Part shown: positions 27,809 through 38,229 of the stretch, one piece after another
Numbering within the stretch: the stretch's first letter is position 1
Layout of the letters: each line of letters opens with the position of its first letter
From: an uncultured Gammaproteobacteria bacterium
GTDB taxonomy: Bacteria > Patescibacteriota > Patescibacteriia > Magasanikbacterales > UBA922
DNA length: 64,000 bases
Assembly: GCA_964519725.1 (NCBI GenBank)
Contig: CAZFKS010000002.1
Location: 49,325-113,324, forward strand
Direction of reading: 5' to 3'
The notes under the pieces: model-generated
What the model was told of the DNA's origin: nothing
The model's input: the letters and a program-made list of their open reading frames with translations, nothing else
The model's database searches: none
Program-made: the position numbers and the translations under genes

Positions 27809-28750
27809 ATGGAGCTTTCCATTATTACGGTTACATGGAACTCCAAAAATACCATTGGTCGCCTGATTGATTCAATTCCTAGTGCAGTTTTTGACCCTAA
27901 GACGGGTCGGTCTTTGTCTTATGAACACTGGGTGGTGGATAACGCATCACCAGATGGAACGGCTGATTTTGTCCAAGAAAAATATGGACAAGAAACTGTG
28001 GTTGGACAGTATCTGTCGGGTGAGTCTTTTGAATATTCGAGTGAAATGATTCCACGGGTGCGCGTGGTTAAAAATACCAAAAACGAAGGGTTTGGTGCGG
28101 CCAACAATACGGCTTTTCACCGCGCTAGTGGTGATTTTATTTTATTTCTTAACCCGGACATGAAACTTGAGCCGGAAAGTTTGTTTAAAGCGGTTGAGTG
28201 GATGTGGTATCACCGTGAGGTTGGGATTATGGCCCCAAAATTAGTCACTGAAACTGGTGCGGTGAACTTGAACGCTGGGCCGCGACGTTTTCCAACCGTT
28301 TGGAATCAACTGGCGATTGTTTTTAAAATTCCGCATCTTTTTCCAAAAGTGCTGGACAATTATTTAATGAAAGATTTTGATTATTCCAAAGAGCAAGCTG
28401 TGGACTCGGTGCGCGGTTCATTTATGTTAGTACGACATGATTTATTGGATAAATTGGGCACAGCGTTTGATCCCCGCTATTTTATTTGGTTTGAAGACGT
28501 AGATATTTGTAAAGAAGCTTGGAAACACGGGTATAAAGTGGTTTATAATCCAGCGATCCAAGCCGTAGATTATGTGGGGCAAAGTTTTAATCAGCGGACC
28601 ACACTCTGGAAACAAAAGAATTTTACCGAGAGTATGGTGAAATATTTTAAAAAGTGGGGTCCGGGGTATGCGGCTATTTTGGTTGGTCTGGTGCGTCCAG
28701 TTGGAATTGCTTTGGCTTGGCTTGGTGATAAGTTCGCGAAAAAAATATGA
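27809..28750 (+). CDS. Glycosyltransferase family 2.
   Basis: LSIITVTWNS ... VVDNASPDGT (DxD region), FGAANNTAF. Confidence 0.75.
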   Translation: MELSIITVTWNSKNTIGRLIDSIPSAVFDPKTGRSLSYEHWVVDNASPDGTADFVQEKYGQETVVGQYLSGESFEYSSEMIPRVRVVKNTKNEGFGAANNTAFHRASGDFILFLNPDMKLEPESLFKAVEWMWYHREVGIMAPKLVTETGAVNLNAGPRRFPTVWNQLAIVFKIPHLFPKVLDNYLMKDFDYSKEQAVDSVRGSFMLVRHDLLDKLGTAFDPRYFIWFEDVDICKEAWKHGYKVVYNPAIQAVDYVGQSFNQRTTLWKQKNFTESMVKYFKKWGPGYAAILVGLVRPVGIALAWLGDKFAKKI

Positions 28751-29754
28751 AACTAAGTGTTCATTTGGTAGCCTGGAATGGCGCCAAATATATTCCACAT
28801 ATTTTTGCTTCACTGCGTAACCAAACAATTACCGATTGGGAACTGGTGGTTTTAGATAATGATTCCAAAGACAATACGGCCGAATTAATTGCGGCTGAGT
28901 TGCAAAATTGGTCTGGTCCAAAACGTTTTATTAAAAATCCAACTAATGTTGGTTTTGCCGGGGGACATAATCTTTTATACACGCAAACTAATAGTGAATA
29001 TTTTTTACTGCTTAATCAAGATTTTTATTTAGAGCCTGATTGTATTGAAAAATTGCTCGCGGAAATTGAGTCTAAACCTGGACTGGCCGTGGTTAGTCCG
29101 CGGCTGATGAAATGGGATTTTGCGAATCAGAAATTTACGAATATCATTGATTCTTTGGGTTTAAAAGTTTTTCGCAGTCGCCGGGTGGTGGAACTGGGTG
29201 GGGGAGAAGAGTGGAATGATAAGGATGAGAAAACCCTGTCAGTGTTTGGTGTGTCTGGGGCGGCGCCGTTATTTAGACGTTCAGCCATTGATGTGATTGC
29301 CTTTTCTAAAACGGATTTTTTTGATAATTCGTATGGTTCATACAAAGAGGACGTTGACTTGGCGTTCCGCTTGCAGACCGCTGGTTTTGCTGCCGAAACT
29401 GTATTGGGCGCAGTGATTTACCATGATCGTTCGGCTTCTGGTCCAGCTAAACTTTCTGACGCAGCCGCAGCGCAAAATAAGAAAACTCAGTCGTCATGGG
29501 TGCAATATCACAGTTATAAAAACCATCTCATGACCTTGTATAAAAACGAATACTGGCAAAATCTGACCCTTGATTTTCCCTTCATTTTGTGGTATGAATT
29601 AAAGAAGTTTCTTTGGTTTTTAATCTTTAAACCATCGGTTTTAAAGGGGCTTGGTGAGATCTGGCAGAACCGAAAAAGTTTGCGGGAGAAGCGACAGAAA
29701 ATTAAATCACTTCGAAAAAATACTTGGCAGCAGTTAAGACAATGGTGGAAATAA
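28747..29754 (+). CDS. Glycosyltransferase family 2.
   Basis: LSVHLVAWNGAKYI ... VVLDNDSKDNT. ATGA overlap with the upstream GT2. Confidence 0.75.
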   Translation: MKLSVHLVAWNGAKYIPHIFASLRNQTITDWELVVLDNDSKDNTAELIAAELQNWSGPKRFIKNPTNVGFAGGHNLLYTQTNSEYFLLLNQDFYLEPDCIEKLLAEIESKPGLAVVSPRLMKWDFANQKFTNIIDSLGLKVFRSRRVVELGGGEEWNDKDEKTLSVFGVSGAAPLFRRSAIDVIAFSKTDFFDNSYGSYKEDVDLAFRLQTAGFAAETVLGAVIYHDRSASGPAKLSDAAAAQNKKTQSSWVQYHSYKNHLMTLYKNEYWQNLTLDFPFILWYELKKFLWFLIFKPSVLKGLGEIWQNRKSLREKRQKIKSLRKNTWQQLRQWWK

Positions 29755-29755
29755 T

Positions 29756-30586
29756 ATGTACGATATCTCAATTGCGTTTGTAAATTTAATGATGAAAGAT
29801 GATATTGTAAAAGCAATTCGATCTTTGTGTGCGGATTTACAAGGTAGTTCAATCAAGTATTTAATTACAGTGGCTGATAATACGGAAAATAAAGATGGAA
29901 TTAAGGAAGCCTTGGCGACAGAATTCCCAGAAGTTGTGTATATTGATTGCGGTGGTAATATTGGTTTTGGGGCTGGCAATAACCGCGCGTTTAAAGCCAA
30001 TCAGGCACGGTATTATTTTGCAATTAACCGCGACACTGTTATTCCCGAGCATAGCCACACCGTGGAACGGATTGTAAAATTCATGGACGAACACCCATTT
30101 ATTGGGGCCATGGGGCCAAAGCTCGTCAATCTTGATGGTTCACTGCAATACTCCTGCTACCGGTTTGACTGGCCAGCGATTTTAATTAAGCCACTTAAAC
30201 AAATTAATTGGGATGAAAAATACCGTTGGGTGCGCAAATATACGGATTGGCTACTGATGAAAGATTTTGACCATAACTCCACCCGGCCCGTGGACTGGGT
30301 GCTTGGCGCGGCGCTCATTATTCGGCAGGAAGCGGTGGCTAAAATTGGTTGGTTTGACGAGCGTTATTTGGCCTATTTGGAAGACGCAGACTGGTGCCGG
30401 ACGCTTTGGGAAAATAATTGGCCAGTTTATTATGTTCATGATATTGTAATAGCACATGCCCATGCCCGGGCCTCGGCCAAAGTGCCAGGCATTGTGCGGG
30501 CACTGTGGAAAAATAAAACCGCGCGCATTCACTTGGCTAGCTGGCTCAAATACATTTGGAAATGGCGGGGTCGATACAAACTTTAA
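29756..30586 (+). CDS. Glycosyltransferase family 2.
   Basis: ISIAFVNLMMKDDIV ... VADNTENKDG ... EDADW. Confidence 0.7.
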   Translation: MYDISIAFVNLMMKDDIVKAIRSLCADLQGSSIKYLITVADNTENKDGIKEALATEFPEVVYIDCGGNIGFGAGNNRAFKANQARYYFAINRDTVIPEHSHTVERIVKFMDEHPFIGAMGPKLVNLDGSLQYSCYRFDWPAILIKPLKQINWDEKYRWVRKYTDWLLMKDFDHNSTRPVDWVLGAALIIRQEAVAKIGWFDERYLAYLEDADWCRTLWENNWPVYYVHDIVIAHAHARASAKVPGIVRALWKNKTARIHLASWLKYIWKWRGRYKL

Positions 30587-30598
30587 GGCGTTGAACTT

Positions 30599-31690
30599 AT
30601 GCAACCTAAAATCGCAATCATTTACTTGTCATTCCACTGTGAGCCATACATGGATGACATTGTGTCATCACTCAAAAAATTAACGTATCCGCGTGACCGG
30701 GTAGAATTTGTGATAGTTGATAATCCACACCCAACTCTCGGGCCATCAGTGAAATTTTTGGAAGAAACCGTCATGCCGCTGTCAGGCAAAGAAATTCCCC
30801 ATGTGACCCTATTACCACAAAGTGACAACATTGGTTTTGGACCTGGTAATAATGCGGGGGTTGATTGGGCCTTGGCCAATGGTTTTGATTACGTGTATTT
30901 CCACAATAATGACGGTTTCATGGCGGCCAATTGTTTGGAACCAATTGTTACGGCCATGGAAGCAGATAAGAAAATTGGAGCCGCGCAATCACTCATGTTA
31001 CTCCACCCTGAAACTGAATTAGTAAATAGTACGGGTAATGCCTACAATTATTTGGGCTTTGGTTTTTGTAATGATTACCGAGCTCCAATTGCTTCACTAA
31101 AATTACCAGCCGTTAAAGATGTTTGTTACACCAGTGGTGCCGCGCTCATGATGCGCGCGGATTTGATCCGCCAGTATGGTTCTTGGGATGATAGTTTTTG
31201 GATGTACCATGAAGATCTTGAGTGGTCATTCCGTCTCCGCTCAGTTGGTTACCGCAGCGTGATGGTGCGTGACTCTGTGTTTTATCACAAGTACCAATTT
31301 AGTCGGAGTATTTCTAAATTCTACTGGATGGAGCGCAACCGCTTTGCCGTTTTGCTCATGTATTTCAAGTGGCCGACTTTAATCGTATTATTCCCCATGC
31401 TCCTCGTCATGGAACTTGGTTTGATTTTATTTGCTTTAAAAGGTGGCTGGTGGAGCGAGCGTAAAAAAGTTTATGAGTACTGGTCAAAAATTGAAAACTG
31501 GAAGTTTTGGTTAAAAAAACGCGAGCACATTCAAGCAATTAAGAAAATTAAAGATAAAGAATTACTGGCTTTATCAGTCCCAGGTATTTATTTTCAAGAT
31601 AAAATGACTGATAACTGGGTTGTAAACAAAGTTGGTAATCCAATTTTAACCGTTTACTACTGGTTTGTTAGATTAATTGTTCGATGGTAA
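30599..31690 (+). CDS. Glycosyltransferase family 2.
   Basis: IAIIYLSFHCEPY ... VIVDNPHP ... YHEDLEW. Confidence 0.7.
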   Translation: MQPKIAIIYLSFHCEPYMDDIVSSLKKLTYPRDRVEFVIVDNPHPTLGPSVKFLEETVMPLSGKEIPHVTLLPQSDNIGFGPGNNAGVDWALANGFDYVYFHNNDGFMAANCLEPIVTAMEADKKIGAAQSLMLLHPETELVNSTGNAYNYLGFGFCNDYRAPIASLKLPAVKDVCYTSGAALMMRADLIRQYGSWDDSFWMYHEDLEWSFRLRSVGYRSVMVRDSVFYHKYQFSRSISKFYWMERNRFAVLLMYFKWPTLIVLFPMLLVMELGLILFALKGGWWSERKKVYEYWSKIENWKFWLKKREHIQAIKKIKDKELLALSVPGIYFQDKMTDNWVVNKVGNPILTVYYWFVRLIVRW

Positions 31691-31697
31691 AACAAAT

Positions 31698-32774
31698 ATG
31701 AAAATTAAAAAAGCCATTTTAACCGGTGGTGGTCGCGCAACTCGTTTGCAACCAATCACAACCACAATTAACAAGCATCTTTTACCCCTGGCTAATAAGC
31801 CAATGATTTTTCACGCGATTGAAAAAGCTGTGGCCGCTGGGGTCACGGAAATTTTCATAAATTTAAATCCCGGTGAAACTGAATTGCAAGAATACATTGG
31901 CGACGGTGGGCACTGGGGTATTAAAATTAAATTTTTTGAGCAGACTGGTGGACCGCAGGGGATTGCTCATGTAGTTAACGAAGCTAAAGATTTTATTGGC
32001 GACGAGCCATTCATGTTTTTTTTGTCAGACAATGTTTTACTCGGTGATTTGCAGCCACTCATGCAAGAATTCGAAGCGGGTAATTTTGATTGCATGCTCG
32101 CGTTGTCTCAAGTACCAGACCCAGAACGGTTTGGAATTCCGTATTTTGATGAGGCTGGAAATTTAATTGATGTGAAAGAAAAGCCAAGTAATCCACCAAA
32201 TAATTTGGCTGTGACTGGTATTTATTTGTATGGCCCAAAAGTATTTTTTGATACTTTCCAAAAAATTCAAAAATCAGCGCGCGGTGAATATGAGATTTCC
32301 AGTATTCACTCAGAATTTTTAAAGAACAAACAAAAAGTTGGGTACAAAGAAATTACTGGGTGGTGGAAAGACACTGGTAAATCCGAAGACCTACTCATTG
32401 CCAGTCAACTCCTGCTTGATCAAATGGAAGAGTCAACCATTCCAGCTGAATTGCAAGGGAAGTTTGCTTTAGACGGCAAAGCCAAGATTGGTATTGGTAC
32501 GAGTGTGGGTGAAAATGTAAAAATCATTGGTCCAGTAATTATTGGGGAAAATTGTACTTTGGAAAATTGTGTAATTGGTCCGCACGTTACCATTGCGCAA
32601 GGAAGTACGGTGAAAGGCGCCAAAATTAAAAACTCAATTATCTTGGATAATTGTACGATTGATTATAATCACGAAATCGTGAACAGTTTGATCGGAAAAA
32701 AAGTTACGCTCCGTCAACGACCAGAACGCTCAGCTTCAATGATTGTGGGCGATAAATCAATTGTTGAACTTTAG
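31698..32774 (+). CDS. rfbA: Sugar-phosphate nucleotidyltransferase (glucose-1-phosphate thymidylyltransferase-like, long form with C-terminal left-handed beta-helix).
   Basis: ILTGGGRATRLQPITTTINKHLLPLANKPMIFHAIE matches the G1P-TT N-terminus. C-terminal hexapeptide-repeat-like region. Confidence 0.65.
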   Translation: MKIKKAILTGGGRATRLQPITTTINKHLLPLANKPMIFHAIEKAVAAGVTEIFINLNPGETELQEYIGDGGHWGIKIKFFEQTGGPQGIAHVVNEAKDFIGDEPFMFFLSDNVLLGDLQPLMQEFEAGNFDCMLALSQVPDPERFGIPYFDEAGNLIDVKEKPSNPPNNLAVTGIYLYGPKVFFDTFQKIQKSARGEYEISSIHSEFLKNKQKVGYKEITGWWKDTGKSEDLLIASQLLLDQMEESTIPAELQGKFALDGKAKIGIGTSVGENVKIIGPVIIGENCTLENCVIGPHVTIAQGSTVKGAKIKNSIILDNCTIDYNHEIVNSLIGKKVTLRQRPERSASMIVGDKSIVEL

Positions 32775-34084
32775 TAGGCGAGGGTAAATAAGCCAGTTTT
32801 ACCTTCTCGAGAACCGGCTACTACAATGAGCCGGTTTTCTTCGTCTGTGGTCAGGTCAGAAATTGCATCAAAGGTGGCTAGTTCTTGGCTGGCATAATAC
32901 CCTGGATTAAAAGCCATTAATTTATTGTTTTGCACAATTAGGAGAACACCGGCTGGTTCCAAGGCTTTCACAAAATCAATTGGTTCAGCACTGCGGTACA
33001 AAATCGCACGATCGCCACTGCCATCATACAAACTCGACACCTCCCATTTACTCCACAAACGCCATTCAGCGGTGGCGGCATGATATTCGTAGTGATCATA
33101 ATCACTCAGTGTGGCCACGTTTGGACTGGAGTAAAGCGCGTTCATGATCGCTAAATTGTACGGAGTTTTTAGAAGCGCGTAATTATTTTTTAAGGCCACA
33201 ATTGTTGTGACATTGTTTGGACTAGTGATAATCACTTGGTCATTGCCTTGACCACTAACAAGTGTGCTGGAAACACTTGACCAAACTTTTTCACTTGGGT
33301 CGACATACCACACACTAGATGAAACCGTAGTTAATTTTTTGGTGGAAAAATTAGTGTTTAAACTAACGACTGTGGTATTGTCGAGAGCATACAAGACTGG
33401 GTTACGCTCGTTTTCATTCCACTGCACCGTATTAGTTTTAATTTTAATGGTCCGTTGCTCGTTAGTACTAACATTCACCACATTTAAATTGTCTTTGTTT
33501 TCCCAAAATGCACAAAAAGTTTTGGTTTTGGCACAGGTCAAAGCGGCGTTAGCTGGAATTGGAAAAGTATGGACCTCATTATTTTTTACAGTCACCAAAT
33601 TAGTCGTGCTAGCGGTTTCAGCGAAACGGACACTGAGCGGATTAACCCCCACAATTCCAAGTTCACCAATTTTTCCAGTCGTGCTCGTTACAAACTGCGG
33701 AAAATTAATTGCAAACAAAGTGGTGTTCCTGATGTACGTGGTTTCGTGCGAACGCACAGTCACATCAGTCGAGAAAGTGTGGTAACCAGCTTTACTAATA
33801 CTGACCCGATAATTTCCTGGGGCCAAAGAACTGAGTCGGAGTGGTTGCTTGGTGCTGATTAGTTGGTTATTTAAATAAACCTCCGCATCATCTGGCTCGG
33901 TATCAACACTGAGCACGCCGGTGGCCTCCAATTGCCAGGTGGTAAAATTCCAACGCCAGCCCCCAGTGTAGAGGATAATAATCGGGGAAATGATAAAAAA
34001 AGCCAAAATTAGGCTGGTCATGATCATGACCCGCCAGGGTCGGGTCAGGGTGATTTTTAGGGGGTCAGCAGGGCGGACAGACAT
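32771..34084 (-). CDS. Membrane-anchored PEGA-domain protein with a large extracytoplasmic beta-rich domain (hypothetical).
   Basis: N-terminal TM, then PEGA-like segment (EPDDAEVYLNNQLISTKQPLRLSSLAPGNYRVSISKAGYHTFSTDVTV), then a Ser/Thr/Asn-rich beta region. Confidence 0.4.
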   Translation of the reverse strand: MSVRPADPLKITLTRPWRVMIMTSLILAFFIISPIIILYTGGWRWNFTTWQLEATGVLSVDTEPDDAEVYLNNQLISTKQPLRLSSLAPGNYRVSISKAGYHTFSTDVTVRSHETTYIRNTTLFAINFPQFVTSTTGKIGELGIVGVNPLSVRFAETASTTNLVTVKNNEVHTFPIPANAALTCAKTKTFCAFWENKDNLNVVNVSTNEQRTIKIKTNTVQWNENERNPVLYALDNTTVVSLNTNFSTKKLTTVSSSVWYVDPSEKVWSSVSSTLVSGQGNDQVIITSPNNVTTIVALKNNYALLKTPYNLAIMNALYSSPNVATLSDYDHYEYHAATAEWRLWSKWEVSSLYDGSGDRAILYRSAEPIDFVKALEPAGVLLIVQNNKLMAFNPGYYASQELATFDAISDLTTDEENRLIVVAGSREGKTGLFTLAY

Positions 34085-34147
34085 AAAATTGCCAAAGAGG
34101 GCTAAATTGAGTATGATTATACTAGTTTTAAATTCTGTGTCTATACT

Positions 34148-35431
34148 ATGGCTAAATTGGTGATCGAAGGGGGTAAGGCCTTATCTGGGGAAATAGCCCC
34201 AATTGGTAATAAAAATGCAATTTTAAAAATGATGGCCGCAGCCTTGCTGACCCGCGCCACTGTGACTATTACTAATGTGCCGGCCATTAGTGACGTGGCC
34301 GTGATGGTCGCGCTCCTAGAAGATTTGGGGGCAGAAGTTCAATATAGTGTCAAAACTGGTACGCTCAAAATTACGGCCAAAACGATTCGTCATAACCAAC
34401 TGAAACCTGAATTGGCCAAAAAAATGCGCTCATCAAATGTGCTCATGGGCCCATTACTCGCGCGCACGGGCGCCGTCACAGCCCACCAACCTGGTGGTGA
34501 TAAAATTGGTCCGCGTGAAATGAACGCCCACTTTGATGGGCTCCGCCAATTAGGTGCTAAAATTAAATTAAATCCGGACACTTCGTTTACAGTCACTGGC
34601 AAATTAAAAGGCGCGCCAGTTTTTTTGTATGAACCAAGTGTTACAGCCACTGAAAATATTTTAATGGCCGCTGTGCTCGCCCCTGGCACTACGGTGATTG
34701 ATAATGCCGCGTCTGAACCGCACGTGGCGGCCCTGTCAGAAATGCTCATTAGTATGGGTGCCGATATTAGTGGAGTTGGTACCAATCAATTGCGCATTAC
34801 TGGAGTCAAAGAATTGCATGGCACTACCGTCGCCACGCCACCAGATTTTATTTACATTGGTACCATGATTGTTTTGGCTGTGATTACGGGTGGTTCAATT
34901 ACTATTAAACCAGTACCAAAAAATATCATGAAACCGCTGGAATATTTTTTTGCTAAACTGGGTGTGACTTGGACCTACAAGGGTGAGGCGCTGGTAGTTG
35001 GTAAAAAACAAAGTAAAACTGTGACTGATCAGGTGTGGGCACGAACCAAAGGCGTGTATTCACAGCCTTGGCCATGTTTCCCAAGTGACATGATGAGTAT
35101 GATGATTGTTTTGGCTACGCAAGTAAAAGGCTCAATGTTATTTTTTGAAAAAATGTATCCGGGCCGAATGTTGTTCCCAGATTTTTTAAATGGCATGGGT
35201 GCTAATATTGTGATTGCTGACCCACACCGGGTGGTGGTCAATGGGCCAACCCCGCTCAAAGCCGCGCATCTCTATGCCCCGGATTTACGGGCCGGAATGG
35301 CGTTTGTCGCGGCTGGTCTCGTCGCCAAAGGCACGACTGTGGTTGAAGCCGTTGAGCACATTGACCGTGGTTACCCAAGCATTGAAAAAACTTTATCTAA
35401 ACTTGGTGCATCAATAAAACGCATTGCCTAA
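34148..35431 (+). CDS. murA: UDP-N-acetylglucosamine 1-carboxyvinyltransferase MurA (Asp-for-Cys active-site variant).
   Basis: EPSP-synthase fold motifs (KNAILKMMAAALL, LRxxGA). Active-site loop GGDKIGPRE carries Asp where E. coli has Cys115. Confidence 0.8.
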   Translation: MAKLVIEGGKALSGEIAPIGNKNAILKMMAAALLTRATVTITNVPAISDVAVMVALLEDLGAEVQYSVKTGTLKITAKTIRHNQLKPELAKKMRSSNVLMGPLLARTGAVTAHQPGGDKIGPREMNAHFDGLRQLGAKIKLNPDTSFTVTGKLKGAPVFLYEPSVTATENILMAAVLAPGTTVIDNAASEPHVAALSEMLISMGADISGVGTNQLRITGVKELHGTTVATPPDFIYIGTMIVLAVITGGSITIKPVPKNIMKPLEYFFAKLGVTWTYKGEALVVGKKQSKTVTDQVWARTKGVYSQPWPCFPSDMMSMMIVLATQVKGSMLFFEKMYPGRMLFPDFLNGMGANIVIADPHRVVVNGPTPLKAAHLYAPDLRAGMAFVAAGLVAKGTTVVEAVEHIDRGYPSIEKTLSKLGASIKRIA

Positions 35432-36692
35432 TATGTCAGTTCTTACTCCGCACAGTTCACCCCGCCGGCCAATCAAGGCGATTTTACTGGTATTAGTTGG
35501 TTTTGGACTAGGTTGGTGGTTGGCCACTTCTTACATTGTTCACAAACAAATTTTAGGTGATGGGCAAAAAGTGGATATTGCAAAAGTAATTAATTTGTAT
35601 AGTAAAACGCGGTCGTCAGAAGTGACCTTTGATCAATACTGGGATGTGTGGCGCAAAGTCAAAGAAAAATACGTTGGCCAACCAGTTGATGATGTTAAAT
35701 TATTTTACGGGTCAATTGAGGGCATGGTGAATGGGCTGGGTGACCCATATTCAGCCTATTTTCCACCAGCGGCCGCTGAAGAATTTGTCAAAGAATTGTC
35801 TGGCGCGTTTGAGGGGGTGGGGATGGAAGTGGGTATGCGCAAAGAACAAATCATTGTGGTCGCGCCAATTCCTGGTTCACCAGCCGAAAAAGCGGGTTTA
35901 CGACCTCAAGACGCAATTATTAAAATTGATGGTAAAGATACGTTTGGCCAATCTTTATCTGAAGCAGTGAGTAAAATTCGTGGACCAAAAGGGACGAGCG
36001 TAACTTTAACTGTGCTTCCAGTTGGTAAACAAGAAACCAAAGACGTGACGATTGAGCGGACCGCCCTGACTATTCCAAGTGTAACCTGGAAAAAACAAGA
36101 CGGTAATATTGCTTACATTCGAATTGGTTATTTTAATGATAAAACTAGTCAAGAATTTGATGCCGCGGTGCGTGACATCAAGCGCGACCTAACTCAACCA
36201 CGTGGGATTGTGCTGGATTTGCGTAGTAATCCGGGTGGTTTATTGGATCAATCCGTGTACATTGCGGGTGAATGGGTGGGCGATAAAGTGGTGGTGCGCG
36301 AACGCGCCGCTGATGGTACAACCAAAGACATTCGTGGTACTGGCACCGGCGTATTTGCTAATATTCCTACGGTAGTTTTGGTGGATGAAGGCACAGCCTC
36401 GGCCGCGGAAATTGTCTCTGGTGCTTTGCAAGATTACACCGCAGCCAAATTACTGGGCAAGAAAACCTTTGGTAAGGGTTCAGTCCAAGATGTTGAACCA
36501 CTACCAGATGGTTCAGCTTTGAAACTGACCATTGCCACCTGGCTTACCCCAAACAATCGTGAAATTAATGGTAAAGGAATTGAGCCAGATCAAACCATTG
36601 AAAAAATGTTCACGCCGACCGCTGATGCTTCTGGCGACACGGCCTTTGATGATGCGGGTCTAAAAGAAGCGCTTAAAATTTTACAAAAATAA
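35424..36692 (+). CDS. ctpA: Carboxyl-terminal processing protease (peptidase S41, CtpA-like) with PDZ domain.
   Basis: N-terminal TM, PDZ (SPAEKAGLRPQDAIIKIDG), catalytic LDLRSNPGG and TASAAEIVSGALQD. Confidence 0.8.
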   Translation: MPNMSVLTPHSSPRRPIKAILLVLVGFGLGWWLATSYIVHKQILGDGQKVDIAKVINLYSKTRSSEVTFDQYWDVWRKVKEKYVGQPVDDVKLFYGSIEGMVNGLGDPYSAYFPPAAAEEFVKELSGAFEGVGMEVGMRKEQIIVVAPIPGSPAEKAGLRPQDAIIKIDGKDTFGQSLSEAVSKIRGPKGTSVTLTVLPVGKQETKDVTIERTALTIPSVTWKKQDGNIAYIRIGYFNDKTSQEFDAAVRDIKRDLTQPRGIVLDLRSNPGGLLDQSVYIAGEWVGDKVVVRERAADGTTKDIRGTGTGVFANIPTVVLVDEGTASAAEIVSGALQDYTAAKLLGKKTFGKGSVQDVEPLPDGSALKLTIATWLTPNNREINGKGIEPDQTIEKMFTPTADASGDTAFDDAGLKEALKILQK

Positions 36693-36693
36693 T

Positions 36694-37047
36694 ATGATCT
36701 GTGGCACTGTGGTCCACGGGGATGGAAAAGGAAAGGGCTTGGGTTACCCGACCGCTAACATTGATGTCCCAGTGGCGAGTACAAAATTAAAACCAGGGGT
36801 GTACGCAGCAACAGCGAACTTAAATAATGAAACGTATTCAGCCGCGCTGGTAATCCATGAATTCTGGGATAAAATTGAGGTGTATTTTTTGGAATACCGT
36901 GGCACGGATTTTTACGGATCAGAAATTACAGTGGATGCCATTCAGCGGGTGAGTGGTTTGGAGCGCCTCGATACTGATGAAGAATTAAAAGAAAAAATTG
37001 CCAGTGATGTAGAACTGGTGAAGCGCTACTTTGCTGAGAAAAAATAA
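36694..37047 (+). CDS. Riboflavin kinase (stand-alone flavokinase domain).
   Basis: GTVVHGDGKGKGLGYPTANI ... EYRGTDFYGSEI are typical RFK-domain motifs. Confidence 0.6.
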   Translation: MICGTVVHGDGKGKGLGYPTANIDVPVASTKLKPGVYAATANLNNETYSAALVIHEFWDKIEVYFLEYRGTDFYGSEITVDAIQRVSGLERLDTDEELKEKIASDVELVKRYFAEKK

Positions 37048-37633
37048 TATGTTTACTGGAATCGTGAAAGGGGTAGGTGTGATTGCTGATGTCGTGACGG
37101 TGCAGCGCAGAAAATATTTGGTGTTACAACCACTCGCAATTTTACGGCGCATTGATTTAGGTGGAAGTGTGGCGTTTAATGGCACTTGTTTGACGCTCGC
37201 CAAAAAAACTAAAACTGGTCTCTGGTTTGAAGTCATGCCTGAAACATTTCGCAAAACTAATTTGGGGAATTTAAAAAAGGGGAGTGTCGTAAATATTGAA
37301 CCAGCTTTAAGATTTGGTGATGAGTTGGGCGGACATTTAGTGCAAGGACATGTTGATGGGGTAGGAAAAATTACCAAAGTGACACCGGATAAAGCGAATG
37401 TGCTGGTCAGTGTGGCCTTACCAAAAGAATTAAGCAAGCAAGTCGTTTTGCACGGTTCAATTACCCTTGATGGAATTAGTTTAACTGTAGCCCGATTAGA
37501 TAAAAATATTGTGACTGTATCATTAATCGCAGAAACCTTAGCGCGGACAACCTGGAGAAAAGTAGCGGTTGGTCAAGCGGTAAATATTGAACTAGATGTC
37601 ATTGCTAAGTACGTCAAAAATTTCTTACGCTAA
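37046..37633 (+). CDS. ribE: Riboflavin synthase (alpha subunit).
   Basis: Canonical MFTGIV start. Two lumazine-binding repeats (GSVAFNGTCLTL / GSITLDGISLTV). Confidence 0.8.
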   Translation, partial: NMFTGIVKGVGVIADVVTVQRRKYLVLQPLAILRRIDLGGSVAFNGTCLTLAKKTKTGLWFEVMPETFRKTNLGNLKKGSVVNIEPALRFGDELGGHLVQGHVDGVGKITKVTPDKANVLVSVALPKELSKQVVLHGSITLDGISLTVARLDKNIVTVSLIAETLARTTWRKVAVGQAVNIELDVIAKYVKNFLR

Positions 37634-37634
37634 T

Positions 37635-38099
37635 ATGTTTTCCAAAAAAATTTCTTTTCCCAAATTTAATGGGCAAAAATTAAAAATTGGTCTGGTGGTG
37701 GGACGTTGGAATGCGGATATTACCGAGTCATTGCTCGCTGGGGCGCTAAAAGCTCTAACTGAAGCCAAGGTGTCAAAGAAAAATATTACCGTGGTCCATG
37801 TACCTGGGGCGTTTGAATTAGCACTGGGTGCACAGCGCTTATTTAAAAATAAAAAAGTTGATGCGGTAATTGCCCTTGGTTGTTTGTATAAAGGGGAAAC
37901 TCTACACTTTGAATATGTGACTGAGGCCACGGCCCAAGGTTTAATGCGGGTTAGTCTGGATGCTGGTAAACCAGTGGTGTTTGGGGTTTTGCCATGTTTA
38001 AATGAAAAACAGGCCATTGTCCGCTCCACTGGAGAAAATAATCATGGTTATGGTTGGGGTCTGACGGCCGTGGAAATGGCCTTATCGTCAAAAAAATAA
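37635..38099 (+). CDS. ribH: 6,7-dimethyl-8-ribityllumazine synthase.
   Basis: KIGLVVGRWNADITESLLAGAL ... HVPGAFELALGAQ. Start placed at the ATG immediately after the ribE stop; the track ORF begins 39 nt earlier. Confidence 0.8.
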   Translation: MFSKKISFPKFNGQKLKIGLVVGRWNADITESLLAGALKALTEAKVSKKNITVVHVPGAFELALGAQRLFKNKKVDAVIALGCLYKGETLHFEYVTEATAQGLMRVSLDAGKPVVFGVLPCLNEKQAIVRSTGENNHGYGWGLTAVEMALSSKK

Positions 38100-38103
38100 T
38101 TTA

Positions 38104-38229
38104 TATGCTTGAACTTGTGGCAAGCGCCAAGTTCCATTTCTGGTGCACTCAACTGACCCAGATAATGTAGTTATGATGTACGAAAGTCTCGACATTATCA
38201 AATATCTAGAAGAACATTACGCTAAATAA
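38104..38229 (+). pseudogene. Possible frameshifted remnant of a glutaredoxin/GST-N-like thioredoxin-fold gene.
   Basis: Two short frames: MLELVASAKFHFWCTQLTQIM* and, after a stop, PDNVVMMYESLDIIKYLEEHYAK*. The second resembles the C-terminal ES-x-x-I-x-x-YL motif of Grx2/GST N-domains. No intact ORF. Confidence 0.2.
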
